Assembly (NCBI GenBank): GCA_951406725.2
Contig: OX597815.1
Span: 89,280,001 to 89,344,000 of the forward strand
Direction: 5' to 3'
Origin: Octopus vulgaris
Taxonomy: Eukaryota
Length of the DNA stretch: 64,000 nt
Positions 1 to 10,535 of the stretch are shown piece by piece (position 1 is the first letter of the stretch; every line of letters begins with the position of its first letter). A program made the position numbers and the translations under genes. The notes below the pieces were generated by a model that was not told the origin of the DNA, searched no databases, and saw only the letters and a list, made by a program, of their open reading frames with translations.

Positions 1-336
1 TCCAAATTTGGATTTTTAAAATCCATAATAAATATTACAGATAAGAAATTGATTATGCAATTTTTTTTTTTTAATGGTGGTGTTACCAAGCGTGTTGTGA
101 TGCCTAGATGGACGCTGTATAAAATGAGTATTATATAACCTCACACTTAATATTGTCTCGTAATGCTATTAGCCGTCACGCTGCTTCTTTTCTGTTTACT
201 TATATTATTTTACTAACCGGGTAGCATAGTTGCATATTCATTACTTCATTTTCTTATACTGAGGTAGATTCGATTAATATTCAACGTAAAGCATAAAGTG
301 AAAATCAATTGTAGTTAAAATTAAATATTCTTTTAT

Positions 337-490
337 GTGTATGTATGTACATACGTACGTATATATCTCTCTATGTACGTACTACCTACGTATGTATGTA
401 TTTATGTATGTATGTATGCATGTGTATGCATGCATGTATATGTTTGTATGTATGCATGTATGTATTTATGTGTATATGTATGTGTGCACA
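337..490. repeat. Degenerate (TATG)n microsatellite
   Basis: Repeated tatg/tgta units read directly. Confidence 0.9.
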
Positions 491-1483
491 TGAGTGAATG
501 GTTCACTTCACCATATGTAGACTGGCTTCCATATGTAGATCGAATCTATATAGGTCAGACACAAATGGATGATAGATTTATGCTGTTTGCAAATTTAAAT
601 CAAAGATAAGTTCTTTAAATGGTGTGTAAAGTTGGCATAAAATATAGGATAAAATGGTATGAAACAGTTGAGCGAATAAAGTTATTTATTGTTTCGCCCA
701 TCAAACTGGAACACCTTCATCAAAATTTAAATGTGTTTCTTCACGTATACATTGTATTTAACGGTCGTAATGTTCTGCTTGGCTTGTATGAAACCGACAT
801 ATGAGGTACTGTATAATTATTCTCTCCGGCCAATAGCCAAAATCTGATTACTTACATGGCTTTATAAATACAAAATGACTCCAAATTTTTCTTTCGCCTA
901 TATAAAATTTTCCATTCTCTCGGAAGCATTGCAGTAATTACCCAATCATTGGAATATTATTCTATATGATAAATTCTATTAGTGTAGCATTGTATATTTT
1001 ATACTGATGGGAAAAATGATAGGAAGAGAAATAGAGAGAGATAGAAAGATATAGAAATAAACGGGAAACTATAGAGGAAGTCATGCGTGTTAAATTTTTC
1101 ATTAAGTGTGTACGATGTTAAATATATTACAAATTATTACAGACATTTATGCGTATAATTTATATTGGAAATTTCCTTTATAATGTGTTAGGATATTTAC
1201 TTCTAGAACTCGTCATTGTCATGTAAAAATTGTCTTGGAAAACAGTAACGCCCATTATGAAATGAAATATATTTCGTATAACTTCCAACTACTAGCGACT
1301 AATGATCACTTTACAATCCACAAATTTGTTTGAAAACACCACCCGTTGTTCCCATTTATTTAATAGAGTAAGATATATTTATGTATCGATACTATGTATA
1401 AGGTGTGCATGGTGTAGCACAGAGTACGCTACGTAGTAGATGAAGAGAGCTAGAAATATCTTAAATAGCGCACTTATAACCCG

Positions 1484-1491
1484 TTATTATT

Positions 1492-1532
<41 letters not shown>

Positions 1533-1542
1533 TATTATTATT
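1484..1542. repeat. Compound (TTA)n(TCA)n(TTA)n microsatellite; left flank and TSD of the R4-like element
   Basis: ttattattatcatcatc...catcattattattatt read directly. Confidence 0.95.
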
Positions 1543-4036
1543 TTTTTTTTTTCTTCTTTCAAATTTGCTTCCATTTCTTGCCGAGTGTCTTCCCGACTCC
1601 TAGGGCAAAGAAACTCATAGTATACATTGGTCGGCCATTAAACCAAACTCAGTAGTTCGTTCATTTTATTTAAAAAAAATTTTTTTTTAAGTTAAATTAA
1701 AATACATGAGCAGCAACAGTTCTCACATCGACAATGCTCTTCTCAATACGTGTGATGTACCAGTGAAGACAATCTTTTGCACTTCTTGCAGGGATGGTAA
1801 GCCAGGGATCATTCTCATATATTTTTCGGTTCCCTTCTTGATCATTCCTAGTGCTCCTACGATCACTGGTATTGTAACCGCCTTGAGATGCCACATTTTC
1901 TCAATTTCAATGAGTAGGTCTTTATATTTTCTGAGCTTGTCAAACTCTTTCGCTGAGATATTATGATCACAGGGGATGCTCATGTCGATCAATAAGCAAA
2001 CTTTATTGTTTTGGTCTTTCACAACAATATCTGGTTTATTGGCCTTGATGGTTCGGTCTGTATGTACTGGAAAGTCCCACAGAATGGTTACATTTTCTCC
2101 TTCAGTTACAGCCTCAGGGTGGTGATTATACCACTTGTCGGCAGTTTTGATATTGTAATGCCGACTTATTAGCCAGTGGAGATATTGGCCAACTCTGTCA
2201 TGTCTTAATTTATACTCCACTGGTGCTAAGACTTTACATCCAGAGATTAGGTGGTCCACTGTTTCAATCATGTCGTTGCAGAATCGGCATTTTGGGTCTG
2301 CTCCATTTTTCATCACATTGGCCTGGTAGTTCCGGGTTAATAGGCTTTGGTCTTGAGCAGCCAGGATGAAACCTTCGCTCTCTGCTTTTAGCCCTGAGCT
2401 CCGCAGCCACTGATGGGTTTGCTTCTGGTCAACATCAGCTTGTTTGCTGCGGGTCACATATTTGCCGTGCAGAGGTTTCTCCTCCCACCTATCAGCCAAT
2501 TGCTCGTGCGCTTTTTTCATTGCCATCATTTTCACCTTCTTTGCAACAATAGTTGCCGTACTTCCCTCGGGTTGTTCAGTTTGGGTATCCTGCACGAGAT
2601 CAATAGCAAATTTTTTGCTTTCCTTGATGATAGAATGAAGCTTCTTTCGTCTCTCGTGATTTTCCACGAGCTTTAGCTTGCGTATTTTTCTATCTATATT
2701 CTTTACTTCACTCATATTCCAGTTCAACACATTGTAGCTATAAGTAACAACTGGAACTGCTAAGGAATTTATAGCTAACACCTTGTTACGTGCATTTAGT
2801 TCAGATTTCAGGACTGCACGAACTCTCCTATAACATTCCTTCCTGATTTTCTCTTTTATGCTTGCATGCTGAATACCGGAGCCTTCATTTATCCCTAAAT
2901 ATTTGTATGTTTGTTCTTGCTCAAGCTCTCTTATGACTGTGTCAACATCTAACACGACTGAATTTGTGGTCTTCACTTTCCCTTTCTGGAAAGTGGCCTT
3001 GGCACACTTCTCAAGTCCAAACTCCATCTCGATGTCATCGCTGAATGCTTTCACGGTGCGCAATAGGCCTTCAAGTTCATTATTGTCTTTACCATAAAGT
3101 TTTAAGTCATCCATATAAAATAGATGGCTTATTTTTTTATTGGCAATTTTATACCCATACCCTGTTCTGTTTAATTCACTTGTAAGGGGTATTAGGGCTA
3201 TGCAGAATATTAAAGGTGAAAGTGAGTCACCTTGAAAAATTCCACAGTTGATGTTTATATTTTCTGAGGCAAGTACTCCATTAGAGTGGTATAATTGGAG
3301 ATTCGTATTCCACAACGACATATTGTGCTTCACGAAGTCTGAAATCACAGTGGAAATTTTGAAGATGTCCAGCGATCTCAAGATCCATGGATGCGGTATA
3401 CTGTCGAAGGCCTTTTTGTAGTCAATCCATGCGGTGCTGAGATTTCTGCGCTTGTTGCGACAGTTCTCAAGGATCATACGATTGATTAGCAGTTGATCTT
3501 TGCATCCGTAAGAGCCTCGGCGGCACCCTTTTTGTTCAATGGGGAAAATATCGTTCTTCTCCATGAATGCATATGTTTTCTCCGCCAGGATAGATGTTAG
3601 GATTTTATACGTGGTGGATAGACAGGTTATAGGCCGATAGTTTTTTGGAAGGTTGGTTTCGTTATTCTTTGGGAGTAGGTAAGTAATGCCACTTGCTAAC
3701 CATTCAGGTGTTTTCTTTGGGTCTCTCATAATTCCATTGAGCAGCTGAACTAGCTTACCGTGTGCGCATGGGAGCGATGCGAGCCAGAAATTCGGCACCC
3801 TATCTTTACCGGGGGATTTCCAATTATGGGCCTTCGTGAGTGCCTTTCTTAGGTCTGCTATTGTGATGTCTTCCCATGCTTGTTGTTGTAAATTTTGGTA
3901 GGATCCTTCAGTTTGTATAATCCAGTCTGCATTTATGTTGTACGTCTTCTTGTCACTCCAAATACTTTTCCAAAATTTTTGAACTTCTTCCATGGGAGGG
4001 GGGTCTTTAACGGTTACTTTCTCCTTCCCTATTTCT

Positions 4037-4038
<2 letters not shown>
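1543..4038 (-). mobile_element. Young 5'-truncated R4/Dong-clade non-LTR retrotransposon (family 1)
   Basis: Stop-free ORF, ~170-nt 3' UTR, short poly(A) (T run at 1541-1552 on plus), and identical CATTATTATTATT at 1530-1542 and 4039-4051 (TSD). Confidence 0.93.
1723..4038 (-). CDS. Reverse transcriptase + CCHC zinc knuckle + restriction-like endonuclease, N-terminally truncated and probably internally deleted
   Basis: Motifs KSPGKD, YRPITCL, EQKG, WIDYKKAFDSIPH, GIFQGDSLSP, LFYMDDLKLY, YKYLG; CRFC-x8-H-x4-C; RHD, KPDIVV..LLIDMSIP..K..KY. The poly-M/I N-terminus of the track ORF (4039-4125) is microsatellite. Confidence 0.9.
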
Positions 4039-4110
<72 letters not shown>

Positions 4111-4126
4111 CATCATCATCATCATC
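4039..4126. repeat. (TTA)n(TCA)n microsatellite: tail of the older element and target of the younger one
   Basis: Read directly. Confidence 0.95.
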
Positions 4127-5000
4127 CCAGGTTTTGTTCGAACTCCTGGAGGTTTGCATGTGTAGCAGACTTAATACTTGCACTTGATTATTCTGACCTT
4201 GTCAAGGAGGCAAACCCTTTGCAACATTTCTACTGGGCACTCTATTTCAAATTCCTTTATATTCTCCTTGCGGACTTCTGATACTGCTCAAGAGGACCGA
4301 ACAATAATTGGCACTATCTAAACCTTCTTCATTTTCCATAGACGTTCTATTTCTTATTTAAGAGTGTTGTATTTCTTTATCTGTTCGCCTTCCTTCTTGA
4401 ATAATAGTGGATCAAAGGTGCATGCAACATTAGCTGTATAGCATATGTGGTGCACCTTGTCCACAACTACTAGGTCCGGTTTGTTATGCTCTAGCACATG
4501 ATCAGTTTGCATTGTGAAATCCCAGAGGATTTTGCTAATCCCCGACTCTCCTACTTTCTTTGGTCTGTTCTCATTCCACGTTTTGCTTCTCTCCAGCCCC
4601 AGATTTTCCCCCAGTTTCCAATGTAGCCGTTTCGCTACCTAGTTGCGTGGCCACAACTTGTAGTGGTTTTGGGCAAGTCTAGGACATTTGTTCGTGATAT
4701 GGGTAAGGGTTTCATTCACTCTGTTGCAGATGCGGTACAGCGGAGACACTTGCTCATACTTCCGGTTGAACCCCCCAGTCCGTGGCCAAAGCCTGGTCTT
4801 GCCTACCACAATAATGCTCTCGGTCTCTTTTTTTAGGGTTACTTTCATCAGCCAATCCCACCTATTTTCCAGCAACTTCTGTTGTGGCTACATGGAATTG
4901 ATTGTGTAGTCCCTTCTTGCGTAATTCTTCTTCATATCCTTTTTGTACTCATTTTGTTTTCCCTATTTTCTATGCTCTCAACGCCTTAAGTAACCCTTAT
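4127..5000 (-). mobile_element. Decayed 3' fragment of a second R4-like RLE retrotransposon (family 2)
   Basis: Minus-strand translation gives WDWLMKVTLKKETESII, a decayed knuckle YRICNRVNETLTHITNKC, ILWDFTMQTDHVLEHNKPDLVVVDK, WKMKKV*IVPIIV and EMLQRVCLL, with stops and frameshifts. The 5' limit is approximate. Confidence 0.85.
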
Positions 5001-5019
5001 TCAGGGAACTTTTGATTTG

Positions 5020-5232
5020 GATAGGCAACTCCACCTGAAGAAAATTATAAATGCGATCCACCTGCAAGATCATGTGCTATATATCTTGATATGAGATCAC
5101 TATGTCGCGCCAGTGCCCATTGTAAGCATGTACCTGGTGTACCCTTATCAGACGGATTGTCATGATGGCTATATTGAGCTTCGTATATTAGTCCAGTATC
5201 ACATTGATGGAATGCGTTGTTCTCTCACTCTA
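5020..5232 (+). mobile_element. Probable decayed retroposon 3' end
   Basis: More GC-balanced block (tggtgtacccttatcagacgg...tctctcactc) resembling a cephalopod repeat from memory; no second copy in the window. Confidence 0.3.
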
Positions 5233-5439
5233 CAACTTTTGGGACCAGCGTCCTCTCATGGCCACATAATATCCTCAGCGCCCAATCCCTATTTTTATGT
5301 ATAAATATTTTACTAATTTATATATACTATGAATCATTTGATATTTAATATGATATTATATAATTTGTATACAATACTATCATATTAAAAATTCATAGCG
5401 TCCACCAATCCACTGCCTTCCTCACAATGCCTCCTTTTT

Positions 5440-5550
5440 CTTTACCGACCCGCTGAACCGCTCCCTTAGACACCAGCGCCCACCTGGATGACGCTCTCAA
5501 TGCCCACCGGGAGGGGGGGCGGTAACGCCCACTTTCCGAACCTAAGCTCT
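5440..5550 (-). mobile_element. Possible hAT-type terminus remnant
   Basis: Minus strand reads GGTTCGGAAAGTGGGCGTTACCGCCCCCCC, similar to GC-rich hAT ends; no partner end or 8-bp TSD found. Confidence 0.3.
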
Positions 5551-8543
5551 ACAACAACAACAACAATAATTATTGTTATTGTTATTATTATATTAATTAT
5601 TACTATCATGATTATTATTAAGAACTGGCGTTTTAAATTTGAACGATCAATGTGCAATTTACCCAAGACTGAAAAATTGTAGTTAATTGACGTAACGTGT
5701 TAACATATAATGTTCTTGTTTTATTAATCAATAGAAGAAAAAAATAATAAACACTTTAATAGGAATATCCTATGAGAAATGGAAATGACTACTTCAGCAA
5801 ATAATTTGTAGTCATATGACGTATTTAGCTTTAGTATAAAAAAACTTTTACTTGGCTGCGCAAATTCTAATAACGTATCGACTCTTAATGCTAAGAATTA
5901 TCCTTGCAGGTTAACTGCACTTCGATTGCTATAAAGCTATTCACATACTGCATTATAAATATACAAGTGATTGCAATTTCCTATTCTACCATATCATTTA
6001 TTCATAATATATACAAGAGAATTGCCAAATTTTTGCGTTGTCTCCATTGTAATGATATAGATTTTAAATAAATTACGGAGTAGCGAAAATTTTATTTAGG
6101 GAAATATTGCATTGGAAAATATAACTTTGACTCTTCCAGAAGTAAGATACTATGCAATTTTTGAACGACAAAACTATGTATGTGAATGAATCATTTATTG
6201 GTTGTTATTGCAATCGTGTAATTTGACTGAGGCAGCTATGACGTGACTCAACTATTGCACTAGAATTCAATATTTTCAGCTTCAACACAACATTTTAAAT
6301 GAAATATTTAAGTCGAAAATATGTTCTACAAGTCTGTATTTGAAGTCTGTTGCTCAGCAGATTGTTGTTCTAAAACGTGTCTAGACTACAGTTAACATGT
6401 CTAAATGAGAATGTAGCTTGTACATTTATCAATGCTTTGAAAATATTTCATGTAAGTGCTTGGGGGAAGTAATGAAGAGTTGGCATGCATTTTTTGCCCA
6501 TTTATTTTACATGAAATCAATTATTTGTTGGACGACGCAAAATGATGTAACAAATTTGTTTTATAACATCTGAAATAAAATATAAAATGTTCAGCTCCTA
6601 AACGTTTATGCTTCATCTAAAATCACATAGATTAAAGCTAGTAAAAGTATTTGGGGCAAAATATCTATAAAATAAAACAGTACTGTGTAAAATGTTTCAG
6701 AAATTGGTAGAATTATGAAAATAAGATTTTAAAAAATGGGATATAGGATAGAAGAAAGGATCATAAAAAATATTCTTTTCAATATAAAAATATTTATAAA
6801 AAAATAGTAAATAAGAACAAAAAAGCAATTTACAAAATATATAGGGAGATAAATAGCAATATTCTTTGAAGTGTGGAATGAGAAAACGTTTTGACGCTCA
6901 GTATAAAATAATAATGGTAAGAGACAATAACGTAATTATAAGTTCTAAGAAACGAATAGAAATATGATGGGAGCTTAAGTCACAACATAACATATCATTC
7001 ATATATATATATATATGATATAAACTTATATACATTCATATGTGTATGCACACATACACACATACAATCAGCCATGTAAGTATGTGTACTTTCTCTGATC
7101 TCCATATTTCCTTGTGTCTATTGTAATAACGATTTCCTTTGTCAGAAAATATGGTCAATGTTTGAACTAAATATATTAAATTCAGTTCCTATAACCCCAG
7201 AATATAACTGACTTAATGGCAATAAAGTAAGGTAGCAGTTTTACAGTACGATCATGATGCGATTGAAAAATAATCCTGCGGTGTTTCTTGATTCATGTTC
7301 CTGAACAGTGTTCAATATTAATGCTGCATTTTATATATTCATCTCATAAATTAAAATATATAGCAAGTAGATTAATTCTATACATATTTTATAATGTGTT
7401 TTGTAAATAGAAACTTTCATGAATCCAGGTGTTGTCAAAGCACACTTCTAGTGGAGCATGTTATCGAGTTTTCATTTAAAAGCAATGGTTATTTGTTCAT
7501 AGAAATGTGGGGTATCTAGCTAGTGGGTGGGAACGGTCATATTTTTTGGGAAAATGTGAATGTTGTACGGATGTATGTTTGTATGTCTTTTGTTATCCAT
7601 AATAACGAAACATACATTGATGTACAGAAAAAACCTGCAAGCGAAAACATGAGACTCAACTGAACTTTTGCGTTTCTAAGGAATGATGAAGAGTTTGATC
7701 ATAACGAGCCTTTTCACCAAAGACTAAGATAAAGTGTTTCGATTTCGTTACTTTTGATGGGCTAATATGGTAGACAAGTTTTTGATGTGGATGTAATTTC
7801 AGAGATGGTTATTGTTGTTGCTGTCTTTTAGCCATAACCCTGTCCTGATCGACCACAAATATGATCAAAAACACGATTGTACCTTTCCTTGTTGTCTACT
7901 GGTGGTCTTTGAAACATGATGGAACATCAAGTCGGTAAATATAATACGCTGAAAGGGAATGTAGAAACAAGAATTATCCAGACCAGCTACTTTTGTATAG
8001 ATTGAGAGTAATGCTTGTGAATCGACACTCTCTTGGGATGAAACAAGTTTCTGGTGAGTAAGTTTGAAGTGAAATGGCAAAGTAAATGATTGATTTTAAG
8101 AAATACCAAGTTCCAAGTCATCTTCACTGAAATAGTATAGTTTGTAGTGGTTTTGTATCATGGTGAAAAAATTATGAACATCTTTCAAAGAGACCGTACA
8201 CCAATGAAGAAGGATTTCCGATTATTAACTATTGAGGATAGTTTATTATTTATAAGAATTTGGCGTCTAGTTGTAGGGGAATGTAAAGAAAGACAAAAAG
8301 CAGTATTTTAGTAACCAATCAAACAGATTTAAAGAAAATGGTGAACTAGGATAAATAAACTAAAGGCAAGAGAGGAGAAAGCGTCATAACTTTTTCTCGT
8401 TAGGGTAAGGGAGAAGACGCAGGTAAACTTTGTTCTAAAACCGAAAAGCTTACTCTAATATTGATTTCCAAGAGGCAGAGATAAAAGGAGGTATGTATAC
8501 AAAATTGATTCTACGCGAGAGCTACACTAAATTAGGTAGATAT

Positions 8544-8544
<1 letters not shown>

Positions 8545-8577
<33 letters not shown>

Positions 8578-8637
8578 TGTATGTATGTATGTATGTATGT
8601 ATGTACGTACGCATGTATGTATGTATATATATACATA

Positions 8638-8685
<48 letters not shown>

Positions 8686-8760
8686 TGTATATACATATCT
8701 GTGTATACATACATACATACACACACGCACAAGCACACCCACACCCATATATATATATAT
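8545..8760. repeat. Compound (TATG)n/(TA)n/(CA)n microsatellite
   Basis: Read directly. Confidence 0.95.
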
Positions 8761-8957
8761 AAGCTCTGTAGATAGGAATCAACGGTTTAGAAACAAATTT
8801 GGGGTTGATAGATGAATCGAGAATGGTGGCAGATAATCATGTGAAAATAGAAATATCAATCACCACAAAAGAACAAATATTAGCACATCGGCTAAATACT
8901 TACTGTTTTGATTTTGCGTATATACAAAGGAGTAAGACATATTCATATCCACATGAG

Positions 8958-8988
8958 CACACACAAACACACGACACACACACGATAC

Positions 8989-9042
<54 letters not shown>
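8958..9042. repeat. (CA)n microsatellite
   Basis: Read directly. Confidence 0.95.
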
Positions 9043-9045
<3 letters not shown>

Positions 9046-9767
9046 TTCGTCTTATTGTTCTGTAAGACTTGACTATATGGTACAACATTTGTGATTATGC
9101 AGGGGTCTGGTTGAACTAGATATCTTATATATGGCATTGAAAATCTGAGAGAAAATGAGAATTTTGGTAGGAAGAGGTGAGTGTCGTAGAAGAGGAGGAA
9201 TGGAAAAGAAAGATAAAAGTAAAATGACAAAAAGGGAACAGTTACAAGATGGTAAAATACAAAATAAAGAGGAGAGAATTGTGAAGCAGGGAAGCAGTAG
9301 AAGATAGATTAGTGAGTTGTCCGTTTGCTAACTTAATATTAGCGATCGAAACCAACTAAGTTTGCTCGCTCATAAAGCCATTACATGTAAACTGCAAGCT
9401 AATAGGTTGAAATAAAGGTGGGATTGATGCCAGTAATATCGGTACGCACGCAAACCGTGACGTTTAAGCTGCGTGCGGATTGGTCAAAAGCATAATACAA
9501 AAATTCAGCTTGTCGGGGGCTTCCAAGAGGTACAAAAAGGAAGTAGTTAGTAATTTTACTGCAGTAATGATTATTAAGACCGTATAAAAGCGCTAACTGA
9601 AATTCATGAACATTACAAAATATTTTGTCAATGTTTAACACACTTCAAAATTACAAAAAAAATATTTTTTGAAATAGCATAATAAAAAACACGTGAAAAC
9701 CAGACCATATTTTACTTTGTTGAACTGATATATTATTCCATACACATTTACACAAATTCGGATTAAA

Positions 9768-9795
9768 ATATATATATATATAGATATATATATAA

Positions 9796-9830
<35 letters not shown>

Positions 9831-9882
9831 TGTATGTATGTATGTATGTATGCATGTATATATATATATATATATATATATA
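9768..9882. repeat. (TA)n/(TATG)n microsatellite
   Basis: Read directly. Confidence 0.95.
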
Positions 9883-9889
9883 TTCTTTT

Positions 9890-10095
9890 ATTATTTTACG
9901 TGTTTCAGTCATTTGACTGTAGCCATCTGGAGCACAGCTTTAAGTCAAACAAAGACTCCAGGACTTATTCTTTGTAAACCTAGTACTTATTCTATTGATC
10001 TCTTTTGCCGAACTGTTAAGTTAGGGGGGCATAACCACACCAGCATCGGTTGGCAAGTAATGGTGTGGGGCAAGGGAAGTCATACACACACACAC

Positions 10096-10141
<46 letters not shown>

Positions 10142-10299
10142 ACGGGCTTTCAGTTTCTGTCTACCAAATCCACACAGACGGCTTTGGTCGGCCCGAAGCT
10201 ATAGTAGGGGACACTAGCTCAGAGGGACACGCAGTGGGACGGAGCCCGGAACCATGTGGTTCGAAAGCAAACTTCTTACCACACACCCACTCCTGCGCC
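9890..10299 (-). mobile_element. SINE family A, full bipartite copy (tRNA-like head, internal (TA)/(TG) tract, tail)
   Basis: Aligns by eye to 48380-48810 in reverse: head 10141-10299, microsatellite 10081-10138, tail 9890-10075. Confidence 0.85.
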
Positions 10300-10339
10300 T
10301 AAATACATACTTACATACACACACACATACATATACATT

Positions 10340-10535
10340 TCGTTTTTGGATTTGGTTTGCAAGTTTCTTTATGTGAGTTCGTGTGTTGAAGCATATTCTG
10401 TTGTGTCTGGGGAGAATCATTCTCTTTGGTGCCTTATAACTTAACACACTTTTTTATGTTTCTAAAATTTTCGTTGTGTCTTGCAAACTTTTTCAATAGT
10501 CGTTGACACTGTTCGTTACTCACACTGCGTTCCTA
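10340..10535 (-). repeat. Interspersed repeat X, copy 1
   Basis: Reverse-complement homolog of 45408-45633 (shared gaatatgcttcaacacacgaac, ttgcaagac.caacgaa, aggaacgcagtgt). Confidence 0.8.

Noticed and set aside
7810-8290. Possible decayed LINE segment
   Set aside because: No RT or endonuclease motif could be read in any frame.
8278-8290. GGAATGTAAAGAA, a partial match to miR-1
   Set aside because: The match stops at 13 nt and there is no complementary 5' arm.
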